A stretch of 63,103 bases of DNA, filler included, from Rhabdomonas costata (GCA_019059605.1; 39 parts of 39 records of this genome joined end to end with filler, not necessarily neighbours in it); one strand, 5' to 3'. Shown: positions 1-11,982, counted from the whole stretch's first letter. The notes: a model not told the origin generated them from the sequence alone. Made by a program: numbers and translations.

Positions 1-2
1 AA

Positions 3-1456
3 GGGTTCTGTTCCGACACTTTTGAGTACACCATTTTGTGGTTATTGGACAAGCTGAGAGTTGATGGATACTTTCAGTTTTTTGTGTCTCAGTTTACTCT
101 GGGAGCCAAGCTACTGAGAGGTTGTCATTTTGTTCATGACTTGAACTTGAGGTACATTTTCATTCAAGGGTTGGATGCAGACATCCAGGCAGAGCTGATG
201 ACAAAAAGCTTTTGAGTTTGCAGGAAAAACGTTGACGCAGCCTGGGAGTTACACAGGAAACCAATAGCGCCACCCAAGGTCATTGTTGTCGCGCCGCCAG
301 AAGAGAAAGAGACAGAAAAATCTACAGAAATGGAGCTGGATTCCATGGGATTCGGCAACTCTCCGTTTGGAGGGGCGCGGTACTCTGACCAACCGCCCGC
401 TAGAAATCAATCACACGATTCAGAGAGTGCGTGTGTGGTCAGTGGTTGACGGGGTCTATTCGCCGCGCAAAGGGGTGCTGTTTGTGTCACGTGGAGAGGC
501 GCAAGCCAACGCAGTTAGAACCACGTCACCTATACCCACATCCCCAACGATAAGAGTGTACCACGGTGGGGAAAGCGTTTTGGGCATGTAAAGAAAAGAA
601 TTCCACAGAACCGGGCGACTTAAACCCGCAACATTGATCCCAAGAGTATTGACCAAGAGTTTGTTCCCGAGAGTGTTGGAAGTTTGTTTTCAGTCGAGCA
701 AGAAGGAAGGTATTGGTGCAATTTGGCCTTTCCGCGGTTGTTGGATCAAGCTGTAGGCCAGAGATACAAGGAGGAATGCTGTGTGACGATCAAGTCTGCG
801 GTCGAAGAAAAAGATGAATAAGGTGACCTGGAAGAAGAGCTGAGCAGTGTAGAGACCAAGACCTACACTGGGTGGGTTGCTCAGACTTTTATCATGTGCA
901 AGCACGAAGTGAGGACGTGAACCCAGATGCAAGACTTGGAAGAGACAGCATAAGCGCAGGCACTGTGTGTCGCAGGCCGTTTACCGTAATCGACTCAAAA
1001 TCAAGTTCATCCAAACTCGTGGGTTCGGTACTGAAGGAAACCAGGTTCGCACCAGACTCAGAAATTGTGCAGGTGAGGTTGATTGAGCCTCTGGTGCCGC
1101 AGGTTTCACTCACTCGTTCCGAGAAAACTGTGGTAAACGTGGAGGTTGACATGCCGAGTCGGACGACGGACGAAGAGGGGGCACCGAGAACTCTGGAAGT
1201 GTCGTTCAAGACAAACCTTCTGGAGGTGCAGGAACCTACCCTTGTCAAGGTTTTCTACGAGTTGAGTGATCTTGCAATCAGGTTGACGGTGCCGCGAAAC
1301 GTGTGGAGGAACGGAGAAGTTGCAGTTGAGCAGCCAGTTTGGGCGATACGAAATCCTTTGAGCGGGAGAGTCGTCGAGGAGACACCTCTTTGTTCCGTCA
1401 GGCCTGCGGATTTGTCCGCTATTGCCTCAGTGTTTCTCGCCAAGGAATCAGTCTAG
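3..1456 (+). mobile_element. Degenerate Ty3/gypsy-like LTR retrotransposon gag and probable protease region
   Basis: Frame from 3 reads LRYIFIQGLDADIQAELM...VDAAWELH...STEMELDSM, matching the retrotransposon Gag FIxGL motif and the PMELD motif. Downstream GCSDF and DLAIRL...VWRNGEV resemble eroded retropepsin motifs. Multiple stops and frameshifts. Confidence 0.5.
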
Positions 1457-1520
1457 CGTGAGAAGGTCAGCGTCTGTGAACACTCAGTTCTTCCGCAGCG
1501 AGTGGTACAAAGTTCGAGAC

Positions 1521-1620
1521 NNNNNNNNNNNNNNNNNNNNNNNNNNNNNNNNNNNNNNNNNNNNTTAATTAATTAANNNNNNNNNNNNNNNNNNNNNNNN
1601 NNNNNNNNNNNNNNNNNNNN
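1521..1620. other. Artificial contig spacer (N-run, TTAATTAATTAA, N-run); first of 38, recurring about every 1.62 kb
   Basis: The same 12-mer, with stops in all six frames, sits inside the N-run at every junction; sequence is unrelated on either side. Confidence 0.99.
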
Positions 1621-2677
1621 GTTGTTTTGGTGTTGCTCAACTAACCCGCCATCCGATGAACCAGACTTGTCTGTTCTATTTTCGCTCAGTCTCGGAATGT
1701 ATTTTCGTGGGTTCCGATCTTGGCAGCTTTTCCCGCCCCCTGCGATGACCTAACTGTGGCTGTAAACAGTGGCTTTGCGTTTGGCGCGCAGGGTATTTCT
1801 GCCCCGAAGGCACGGGGGCAAGCTACGAGTTCCCATGCCCCGCGGGGACGTATACGGATGACGTCCAGGGGCTAGTCTCCCTGGAGCAGTGCCAGCCATG
1901 GTGCCTCCCGCTCGCAGCCACCTGTTAGGCTCTCTTTCTTTCTTGGCATTCGTACGCTTCCAGTTCTTCACGTGTTTTCGACGGTTCGTCATCATGATGG
2001 TTTGACTCATCGTGGTGTTCGGGTCTGACCACGGGCTCATGCCCTCACTCTTGCCAACTTGCCATACTTGCGAAGGAACTTCTTTAAGGAAGCTTCACCT
2101 TCACCTTTCTAACTAATACGCCTAATCCATTCCACCCCGCCCCACCCGGCACACACACACACACACTTGAAGGATGGCAAGAGGCAGGTTGCCACAGTAG
2201 CAACAACCGGGAAATGGGTCATCAAAACCCAGTCACCACGCGATGGAGCGCCACGTTCCCGGTCAGTTCCAGTTGTTCTTGGACCAGGGATTTTATTGCA
2301 TTCACCTAATGCAGCCCAAAGTATAGATATCCGATCGACACCCACCAACGTGAGCGCTAACGCGTGCACACTGTTCGCAGCCCGGCGGGGTACTACTGCC
2401 CTCTTCGGGCCACCATCTTCGCCATTCCCTGTGCCCCAGGTTTTGCAGCTTTTCTGACTGTTCGTGAACCTCCTCTCTTTCCCACCCCCACCCCCTCCAA
2501 ACGTGAGGGATTCGGCATTGGCATGGATGTTGCGGCAGGTATGCTAGGATGTCGAACGAAACTTTTCTGCTCGGATTGGTTTTCGCGCATTGCAGGGTTC
2601 TTTCTTCTGTATTTCTCAATAGTGTGCTTTCTAATGGCAGTCGCAAGATTTTCCCGTTTGATTTGCATGCCAACTAT

Positions 2678-2716
2678 TCACTCACTCACTCACTCACTCA
2701 CTCACTCACTCACTCA
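2678..2716. repeat. (CTCA)n microsatellite
   Basis: Tandem CTCA units read directly. Confidence 0.95.
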
Positions 2717-3243
2717 CACTCGCTAACATCGTTCCCCATTCAGGGACGTATATGCCCCTGACCGGGGCCGATCACTGCCGGCTGTGTGAGCCACGTTTTG
2801 CTTGCTCTACGCTTGGCCAGTCCTCCTCCTTTATCACCCCATGCGCAGTTGGCCACTACTGCCCTCAGGTATCCAGAATCCCCCCCGTTCTTCCCTGCAT
2901 GCAACCACGCCATCCTGCACAGCACTCCTAAGCTCAGGGAAAACAAATTACCCTTGACGTTATCTCCACTGTAAAGGGTACCTGAACCTATTTCTGGTTT
3001 ACACCGAGCAATTTTCAATGGGACTACAAGGTTCATCTGTGATGTTGGTTTGTGGGACTACAAGGTTTTGGCAGAGCTCCGATCGTAGCTTGGATTAAAC
3101 GGAGAGAGCAGAAAAGGCAAAGCCTTGTAGTCCCACCAAACCCNNNNNNNNNNNNNNNNNNNNNNNNNNNNNNNNNNNNNNNNNNNNTTAATTAATTAAN
3201 NNNNNNNNNNNNNNNNNNNNNNNNNNNNNNNNNNNNNNNNNNN

Positions 3244-4763
3244 GTTGGGTTGTGGTCGGCACAGGGGCGCCCTCGGGACTCCTCTCCGCTGGATGTAGCG
3301 GGGAGGTGAACGCCTGTGGTGATTTCCATAGAGGACCTTTGTGGGGGGAAAGGCGAAACGGTTCCTTGTATGCCGATCCTTGAAACCCCGTTGATCTGCC
3401 CAGGCAAGGGTATCCTCGTTGGAGTGGAAACAGGCAATGCCTCTGGTGCAAGCAAGTTACTTGAGCTTAAGCGCGGAAGATCTGGCCGCCCGCTGGGCTC
3501 CGCAGCCGCCAGAGTGGCAGATCTGGGCGGAATGGTGCTGGTCTCCGAAAGGGGTAGGGTGGCACTATGCCCGCATGGTGGGCATTGCAACTCACAACGA
3601 CGACAGACTGTTTCCTCAGGTCTTATTGCGGTCAACGATTCTAGAGAGTTTGGAAGAGGCGCTTCCTGAGCTGCTCTGCCAGGGGAAGAAACGTGAGGAC
3701 TCTGCGGAGTCCGTGCAAGAGAAGTGCCCAAAGGGCAACAAGGGAACGTCGCAGAGGTGGCTTCTTGCGCATCCTCGTGCTGGGGCTCAAGGAAACGAAT
3801 GGGTTTGAAGTCCTGCTTCGCTTCGTCCGAAACTGCTTCAGCAGATTTGGGGTGGTCGAAAACTGGAGACTGCGCCTGCTCCCCGTCCGGAGTCTCGGTA
3901 TGTGTCATAGGAGGCGCGCCCACTTCGGATATCGGAGGTGCAGGCTGCTGACGGGGCTCCACGTGCACAAGAACCACTGCAACAGAAGGAAGCCCCGATG
4001 TCGCGGGATCAACTTCCCCAAACCCTGAAAACTGAAAGGTGGCTGATGAGGCGAGGTTCTTCTTGTACACCCCGTAGATGATCCCCACATTGATTACCGT
4101 CCCAACGGCCGAGGCAAGCCCAATGCCCGCTAAGAACTGCAGGAAGCTCAGTCCGGACACCGAGGCCACCAGCATGTTCTGGGGATTCCCAATGGGACTG
4201 CAGGCGCTGCCGATGTTGGTGCATGTCGCGATGGCCATCAGGTGAGGGGCGGGGTGGAGCTTCCGCCTCTTGCATGCCAGCACCACCAGCGGGGTAAGGA
4301 TGATGCACGTCGCTGCAACGGAGAAAACACACACCCCTTGTATGTGCCACCGGTCACACAGAAATACTAGACAGAGACTAATCAGGACAGCTGCGAAGGT
4401 TCAGAGCTGCGGAGCTGACACCCTAGGAAAGTCCACATCTCCCAGCCCCCCGTCCCCCCACTACCCATGCCCACCTTCTTGGAAACCAAATCAGGAATCG
4501 ATTTCCAGGCAAAAAGACAACACTTCCAAAGTGTAAGACTTTTTGGAGCACGGTACCCCGGAAACGTAGCACTATTCCCCATATGCCCCAAAACTCATGG
4601 CCACATCCTTGAAAGGCCAGATCCTCATCATGGCTCTACCCTATCCGAAACCACACACACACACACACAAACACAGAAATGTGGTGCAAACCATCATTCG
4701 TGATCACCATCGAGCACAGGGCCGAGGCTGTGGAGACCCACACAACCAACCAGACCCAACACA
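3244..4763 (-). CDS. Lsi2/ArsB-NhaD (YbiR-like) anion permease, partial; exons ~4763-4692 and 4312-3244
   Basis: Spliced GT-AG reading: ALCSMVITND|ATCIILTPLV...HLMAIATCTNIGSACSPIGNPQNMLVASVSGLSFLQF. TND and NIGSxxxPIGNPQN are family hallmarks. Confidence 0.88.
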
Positions 4764-5936
4764 NNNNNNNNNNNNNNNNNNNNNNNNNNNNNNNNNNNNN
4801 NNNNNNNTTAATTAATTAANNNNNNNNNNNNNNNNNNNNNNNNNNNNNNNNNNNNNNNNNNNNGTTGGTGTTGGGTACGATGCATTTGGGGGGGGGGGTT
4901 AAACGGTGTGTGACAACACTGGACGTATTGTATTGGGTAACTTTCCTCGAGCGGGCAGCTGATGCTGGGGGTTCAAAGTAATGCGCCCCAAAAGCGACAC
5001 ATGAGGGGATTTTTATGACGGCCGAGCCTACCATGTTTTTTTGGACCTTGTCGTTGAACGTGGTTAAACGGCATAACGTTGTCAAACCGTTTAACACCCC
5101 CCAAACAAAAAATGAATCGGACCCTTGTTTTGCTTTTCCATTTTTTCCTATGTTAGCACAGCAAAAGAAAAAGGCACAAAAAAGACACAGAAAAAAGTGG
5201 TGTCGAGGGTCCTTCCGTCAAAAAAAAATACAAGGCCCATGCAGCGTTTCCAACACGATCCACTAGTTTCATAAAGAAGGCGGAGGTCAAGATCAGGAAC
5301 TCCACCCATACACCAATGCTCCGTAGAAGACAGCACTGTTGCTGCGCCGCAGTGTTATAAAGGTAACCCCTCGAACTGGTATTGTTTAATATGGGATCAG
5401 CCGGAAATGCGTTTTAACAGTGTTGCAACACAAAATGACACCTTCAAAAGCAAGGCTTTTTTTGCCATTTCTTTTTTCATGTCTTTGAAATGTGTTACGG
5501 TTAAATTTTGTGAAGGTTATAAAACAATGGCCAACCCCGTGCACTCCGGGAACGGCAGAGTATAACACCAATGTCGCAATTCGAAAGAAAAAAAAGGTGA
5601 ATATGGCACCGCGGCAAAAGCACAGACGTGCTAGGGGCAGCACCAAAAAAATATTATGCAAGAAGGAACGCGAGAGAGCTCTGAGGGGCAATACAAAATA
5701 CAAAATACAAAATAAGTCGCAATTTCGATCCAAGATTCACTTGTGATGGTCTTAAGCGACAGTGAGCGCGAAACCAGTGCCAGAATCAAGTCAGGTTTGG
5801 GTCCAAAAAGAACCCCGAAAACCAAATTGAGGGCGCAGCTAATTCCTAATTGTTCGACATGTGGCGCTTTTTGGTTGCTGGTTGTCAGAAGAGTTCACAA
5901 TATACGAAGGAAGCAGGTGGGGGTAAGTGTACACAC

Positions 5937-6075
5937 CAGCTTGCACAAAGGGCTGAAACAGCCGGCCGATAGAAGCCTCCGAGAGTCCAATGCCGGTGTC
6001 GTGGACCTCGAACAAAAGCCGCCTGTGATCTGGGCTGGGATGGCACCGAAGAACGACTCTGCCCTTGGGAGTGAA
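5937..6075 (-). CDS. Histidine kinase HATPase_c domain, internal exon
   Basis: AG/GT-bounded exon FTPKGRVVLRC...LLFEVHDTGIGLSEASIGRLFQPFVQA: end of N box (FT), G1 box (DTGIG) and F box (LFQPF). Confidence 0.9.
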
Positions 6076-6883
6076 CTGCAACCACCGGCCACACCCGAAA
6101 AGAAAAAGGAGAAAATATGCACACCGCAGGAATTTGGTATCAAAGTCGTTTCCTGCCGCTCTACTGCGGCAGACTGGTCTGTCATACTGACCAGGAAGTG
6201 CTCATAACAAAGGACTGCACCGACCTCAAAGTTCAACGCGGGGATGCTCAGATCAATGGCAAAAGTTCAGATTCACGATGGTGGCAAAAACCTTGAAAAA
6301 GAATATCCTTGTAAGATCAGAGTTCAAAGGTTCAATGCGACAAGTTCAAAGGACAATTCAACAAAAAGTTCAACCCAACCCCCNNNNNNNNNNNNNNNNN
6401 NNNNNNNNNNNNNNNNNNNNNNNNNNNTTAATTAATTAANNNNNNNNNNNNNNNNNNNNNNNNNNNNNNNNNNNNNNNNNNNNTAGGCGATTGGCTTTTT
6501 CTTTGGCTTTGGGCCTTTGTGGTGCGTTTCTAATCACGATTTGTCTCTGCTCTCTGCTGATTTCTCACTTTGTACATAGTTGCGCTTGACGTCCGCAAGC
6601 CTTTTATGAACGGCTCTGATGATGATGGAGGACCAATGTTGTGGGCGCACTTCGAACGAAAGCATCTTGCAGGATAAGGAGTCACATGATAACCTCTACT
6701 CTCCCGTTGTTTGCCACCGCTCCCTTCCGACAAGTGCATCAGCTCGTCGTTCGACGTCCTTGACGACTTTGCCAGATGTTGGCTCGTACGGACTACTTTC
6801 GAATCTATGGACCTTCCAAGATTTAGTGGTGTGGTTGGGGCTTTACCGCGCCTCCTCCTCTTGCGCTTTCTCTGTCCTCTCAG

Positions 6884-7022
6884 GGGTTTTGTGGCGGCAG
6901 GGGGTGCGCGGCTGACTGCGCAGGTTCTGGTGCACCCTGGCGCGGATCCCACGTGGCAGGCCGAGGCCCTTCCCCTGCTGGCTCACCTCTCGTGCTTCCC
7001 CGCCCTCAGCACCACACTGCAG
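6884..7022 (+). CDS. Internal exon, ARM/HEAT-like helical protein
   Basis: Polypyrimidine-CAG acceptor and GT donor; GC-rich; GFVAAGGARLTAQVL...EALPLLAHLSC. Confidence 0.55.
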
Positions 7023-8259
7023 GTCCGTCCCGACCTTCCCCATCCTCTTTGGAGCATACGAGCATGCAAGCCCAGAAAAAAGCACGATGAAGGACTTTAG
7101 CATCGCACTTGACACGCTTTTGGTAGAAGCGTTGGGTGTGGGGGTGACGACAGACGACAGCCGCTGATCATCGGCATTCACGTTTTAACAAAGAACCAGT
7201 GAGGGTGTGTGTTCAGAAAAAACATCCCCCTGATCAACTCTGCGAAAGGATGCCAATCCTTCCCCACACAAAATCAGTGTTCAGTGTTCAAAAGTGAAAA
7301 GGAGCCCCACAATGGCGGCAGAGCCTCTACGCAGTTGAGAGTACAACGGGAAGATTGAGGTCCCTAGTGGCCAGTGGATGGCCCAGCCTCCGACAGTTGA
7401 AACCAATATTTAGAAGACAAAAGAAAGCGTGGTTGTGTGTCCCTCACCACGGGGATGCAGGCGGCAAGGCCTCGCACTGCCCTCTACCCTCTTTGCTGTA
7501 GAGCGAGATTCTCAGCTGCTGCCCCTTGGGTGCCGAGGTGAGCGACGACCTCTCCTTCCGAAGGGCGCTGGTATAATGGCCTCTATCCTTTCGCTCGACT
7601 CCTTTTTTGCTTTATTATGTCATTCCTGAATTTTGCATCGGGGAGAAATCAAAGACTTTCCAATCATCACCCCACCCACCCTTCGTTCACCCGTGCTCAT
7701 TTGTGTCTTCGCTCGTTTTTTTGTGGAGCTGTTTGTTTCACAGTGCCTCTTACAGGGTTTCCCCCCGATATTCGGCAGACAAACAAACACTCAAGAGCAC
7801 TTGCCTAAATTCTGAGAGGAAGCAGAACCTAACACACTGAACAATCCTTCAGCACCACGTCAACATTGAGACGAACATTCAGGGGCAAGTAGTTCGTTTC
7901 GTTTTAGCGTACCCTCCTTTTCCCCTTTCGATAGGTTCAGCGGATATGGCAGGGCTGCCGCGGCGACTCCTCGTCGACAAACCAACCCAAACACACCCAC
8001 CACNNNNNNNNNNNNNNNNNNNNNNNNNNNNNNNNNNNNNNNNNNNNTTAATTAATTAANNNNNNNNNNNNNNNNNNNNNNNNNNNNNNNNNNNNNNNNN
8101 NNNTGTGGTTTGGACGAGGGACGGGTACCACGAGCATCGCGCCTACGTTGATCTCATAGCGCCCTGACTGATGCCGGACTACTGTCTTGCTCATTGGGTT
8201 GTGCCCCGCCTCGAGTGCCTGTGTGAGTTAGTGAGTGGGAGGGTGCATACCAAGGCGAC

Positions 8260-9223
8260 CTCCCGGGGCCCGGCCAGCTCATCCCTGAGCTTCCTGACCA
8301 GAGGCAGCTGTTCCGCGGCCCTCACCACCCGCGCCCACTGGGCCGCTCCCTGAGCGGGCCACCACGTCGGGGGCTTGCTGCCATTGGAACCCGTGGAAGT
8401 GGGCAAAAGGGGGTCCTCCGCCTGCCCGGCTTGCGCGGCCAGACTGGCCATCAGGAATTGCAACTCGCTGGGGTCTGGGGTGGGCTGGGCCACCGCGCAG
8501 CCCAGGGTAAGTCCGAGAACCATCTGTGAGATGGATGCGGAGTTGAGGAGGGGGTGGAACCGATTAGAGCCTATCAGTCACCCACCAACCAGAACACCCC
8601 CTTTTGTCCGCGGGTACCCACAGAGCAAACCAGTGGATCATGCAAAGACTGAGACACGTTTGCGTGCGTGAGGGTGGGTGGGCACGTTGGCAGACTTTTC
8701 TCCATGGTGAACCTGACTTATCTCGCGTCCCGAGCGGGGTCCACACCTCTCAGCGCACAATGATGCGACACATTCGTAAAGAGATAACATGACCGAGAGG
8801 ACGAAAAGAAGAGGGCGGGGACAAATCTCATCCGGCAAATCCGCACGGTTTCTGGAGGATTGTGCTCCTCCTAGAGCGCTAGGTGGTTGCGGCCAGATTT
8901 AGGATTCGGGTTAAGGTTTGGTTCACTACCACCCCCGCGCATTCGTGCGCACCTGGTGGGGCCCAAGCATGGCCCTTACAAGGTCCCGGTACATGCATGA
9001 CGGGACTGCCGCGGTGAGGGCGGCAACGCGGGCCTGCTCGTGAGCCAGAAGGTCACCGTGGAAGGAGGCCGCGGCGGATGCTGCGGTGGCCTGTGCCACC
9101 GCGAGGGGGAGTTTCTGCAGCACCCACTGCAGGCCCCAGTGATAGGCCGGGTGCAGCTCCCGCAGGGGGCGCACGGCATGCGCCACTGCACAGGTCACCT
9201 CGGCAACATCTCGGAGCTTGTTC
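8260..9223 (-). CDS. Divergent dynein heavy chain-like protein (region after AAA5); exons 9223-8953 and 8523-~8260
   Basis: RNKLRDVA...LRELHPAYHWGLQWV...RVAALT...MYRDLVRAMLGPHQ|MVLGLTL...ELQFLM...QWARV follows the dynein pattern RxxYRPVA...LxxIxPMYQYSLxWF...YxxVxRxLFxxHK...ExxFL...W. Canonical splice sites. Confidence 0.65.
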
Positions 9224-9724
9224 CTGGAGAACATAGAAATACACGAATGTGAAGAAGACAAACAGCAAGTGCTGAGGATCGGGCATTTGGTGGTTAATCC
9301 AAAGTTGTGGCGGTTTGGTATCTAAGGATTCAAGCCACTGAGGTGTGCTTCAAGAACTTTGCTGCGCAAGGGCAAGGGAAAAACTGATTCAGCTGAAACC
9401 AACAAGCGGCGCGGCAACGCGATCGTCTGTGGGCAAGGAACACATTGCCACACCAAGGCTGCAGGCGCTTTCGGTGACAACACAGTACGCCTCACCCGCA
9501 GCCAAGGGGTGCGTCCCTCCACTGTCGGGAAGATATTTCCTATTTCTATTTCTAGGACAAGCCGAGGCGTGGGCTACACACTCCCCAATCCCAAAACAAA
9601 AGCAATAGAGTGAAACAAAAACANNNNNNNNNNNNNNNNNNNNNNNNNNNNNNNNNNNNNNNNNNNNTTAATTAATTAANNNNNNNNNNNNNNNNNNNNN
9701 NNNNNNNNNNNNNNNNNNNNNNNA

Positions 9725-10129
9725 TACATCACGGAGCTGTGGCCCCTGCTCCGGTATCACCTATTTATGAGCCCAGACTTCTCGAGCCCTACCCTAAGCG
9801 GTGGGGGACCCGAGGGGCTGCTCTATGTTACCGGCACGCTGGCGTACAAGGTGGAGCTGGAAGCGCTGCAGCTCGTGAGTGCAGTGGTCCGTCTGGCGAG
9901 TGGGCAGGAGAAGGACAGCGCAGCGGGTTACAGCAGGATTTCTGCGGAGAGTGCCCTTGGGATGCTTGAGGGAGTACTGCCCTTTATGGGGACGGGTCAA
10001 CCTCCTGCGCTGAAGAAGGCAGCGAATGCGGTGGTGGATCGGCTCTGCCGTATTCATCCTGTGGTAGCCGTGAGGGCGGGAGTGGTTTCTCGGGATGAAA
10101 AGGGGAGCACAGAAACAACGGGGATCTGA
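9725..10129 (+). CDS. Terminal exon of an unknown helical protein
   Basis: Frame open from the contig start (YITELWPLLRYHLFM...) to TGA, with exon-like GC content. Confidence 0.6.
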   Translation, partial: YITELWPLLRYHLFMSPDFSSPTLSGGGPEGLLYVTGTLAYKVELEALQLVSAVVRLASGQEKDSAAGYSRISAESALGMLEGVLPFMGTGQPPALKKAANAVVDRLCRIHPVVAVRAGVVSRDEKGSTETTGI

Positions 10130-10900
10130 TGACAGAGTTTCCATTGCAAAGCATCAGTGTAATTGCTTCTTTGCCGCGCATATTTTTGCGGGGAAAGATG
10201 CTGTTCTGGTCGAAGCTCTTTGGAAACTTGTGCACGGAACCCAACGTGTGGGGCGGTGCGCTGAATTGAATAATTAACCGAAGGAGGAGTAATTGCATAT
10301 AGTTACACCCGATGTGTGCTGGTGGGCATCTTTGGGGAAGAGACAGAAACATGCCTCGATTAAGAGGTTGAAACAGAATCTTATCTGGAGGCAGTGAGCG
10401 AAAGGTTGGAATGGAGGCCACGATTCCCAGCCCGCTTTCAATTTTGTAGTTTCGAGGGTTTGCCCTTTTTCCAATCAACGTGTCACCGCTGGATATTGAC
10501 ACGATCGCCCTTGATATTGCACTTGTGGGTAGCTAAAGACAACATTTGGTCGGAGTCTATGGCATGCAATTTATTCGGCGGCGCCTTTTTTTTGGGGGGG
10601 GGGAAGCAGTCTATGTAATGGAAATGCAACGTGCCATGCCTGCTTTCGGTATATGCGCCGAACACCATGCGATAAGCTTGTTTGTTTGTGCGGTCTGTTG
10701 CTGGTATTGTTGTTTCTTCGGCAAGTTTTTCTCTCATTATAGGGTGACAGCCAAGACCCCCCGTCATGGAGTAATTCTGAACAGACTGTTATTTTGCATG
10801 CTGTTCGCTGTTCACCCAAGATTTTCGGCCATCACTGTTTTTTATTTCTCCTCCAGTTGTGGCATTGCTACTCTCTCTGTTCTTTGGTCACTTCCCGGAA

Positions 10901-10993
10901 ATGGAGCCCCCTAAAACGCCGAAGGATTACAAGGAGCTCAAAGATGACTTTGTTGAGGATGATCGTGCGCCAACCGAGATTCACAGGATTCAG
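10901..10993 (+). CDS. Probable first coding exon of an unknown gene (MEPPKTPKDYKELKDDFVEDDRAPTEIHRIQ)
   Basis: ATG preceded by a pyrimidine tract and AG (10856); ends at CAG|GT. Confidence 0.5.
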
Positions 10994-11982
10994 GTCTAAA
11001 ATCCTGTTCCTTACTTTTAGAAGAAGGTGTTTTACTTAAACAAAGAGTGGTGCTCTTCCGAAGCACGCACTTTTCCATGCCTTAATTGCCTTCCTTGCAA
11101 TAAAGGTCAGATCGCTACTAAACCTTTGACTTGTGTGGTGAAACCGTGCAATACTGAGACAGAGTGGAAGGGTTTAAGTTTATATTTTTCACCTCAAAAA
11201 TACTGAGAACAGGGCATGCCCTGTTCTCAGTATTTTTGAGGTGNNNNNNNNNNNNNNNNNNNNNNNNNNNNNNNNNNNNNNNNNNNNTTAATTAATTAAN
11301 NNNNNNNNNNNNNNNNNNNNNNNNNNNNNNNNNNNNNNNNNNNGGTTTTTTGGGTTGCGAGCTCCTTGCGGCAGTTGCCCAAGCACTTAACAATATGACT
11401 CGGAACCCGTTAAAGCTCCAGCTTTGCTGAGAGAGAAAGGAAGGAGCCGGAGAAAGAGTGTACCGCCGCAAGCAGCAAAGCAAACTCGAATTGATACGAG
11501 AAGCGGGTGTGCCCTCTTGCCGGAAGAGAGTTCCGTCGAACCTTTACATCCAGGCTGGTGTCCTTCGCTCGTTGCAGCCCTTCGCGCCTGGTGGTGTTGC
11601 TTCCGCAGCAACTGCATGTGCAAAGGCGCCGCCCAAGCTGCTGAATTCACAATTTTCTGGTTTTTTCTGGTTCATCCAAATTTACAGTGGCGGAAGTAAA
11701 AAGTACAACAAAAGTCGACATTTGTTCAGCTCAACAAAAGGGGGAAAAACAGCGATAGCCGGGAACAACCCCTGAAACAATTTTTTTTACACACAAGAGG
11801 GTAACAGTGGGGTCTTGAGCAGGCAAGACGGGGAAGAGGGAGGAAGCAAAACAGGTGGGAAGGGGGGAGTGGTGGGAAGACTGCAGCAAGGAATAGTTGC
11901 TGGGGAGACTTTTCTAATACACACACAATAAATTTGTGCTTCGTTGAGACGAACCACCACGGAAAAATAAGCCCCCCGAATA

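Noticed and set aside
892..1518. Minus-strand frame interrupted only by TAG, suggesting stop-codon reassignment
   Set aside because: It is the antisense shadow of the plus-strand retroelement frame; conserved genes in the window have no in-frame TAA/TAG.
1565..1576. Regularly spaced TTAATTAATTAA as a CRISPR-like or biological repeat
   Set aside because: It is always embedded in N-runs; it is a synthetic six-frame-stop linker. ORF-track entries ending in X...LIN are artefacts of it.
1621..2110. Possible decayed non-LTR zinc-knuckle region on the minus strand
   Set aside because: It requires several frameshifts and substitutions; not supportable by eye.
10483..10767. HGTLHFHY as a Helitron/HUH Rep motif
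   Set aside because: No supporting motifs 1 or 3; the region looks like intergenic DNA between two plus-strand genes.
11190..11243. Perfect 54-bp palindrome as a hairpin telomere or terminator
   Set aside because: It ends exactly at the contig end with no mismatches, as expected for an amplification fold-back chimera.
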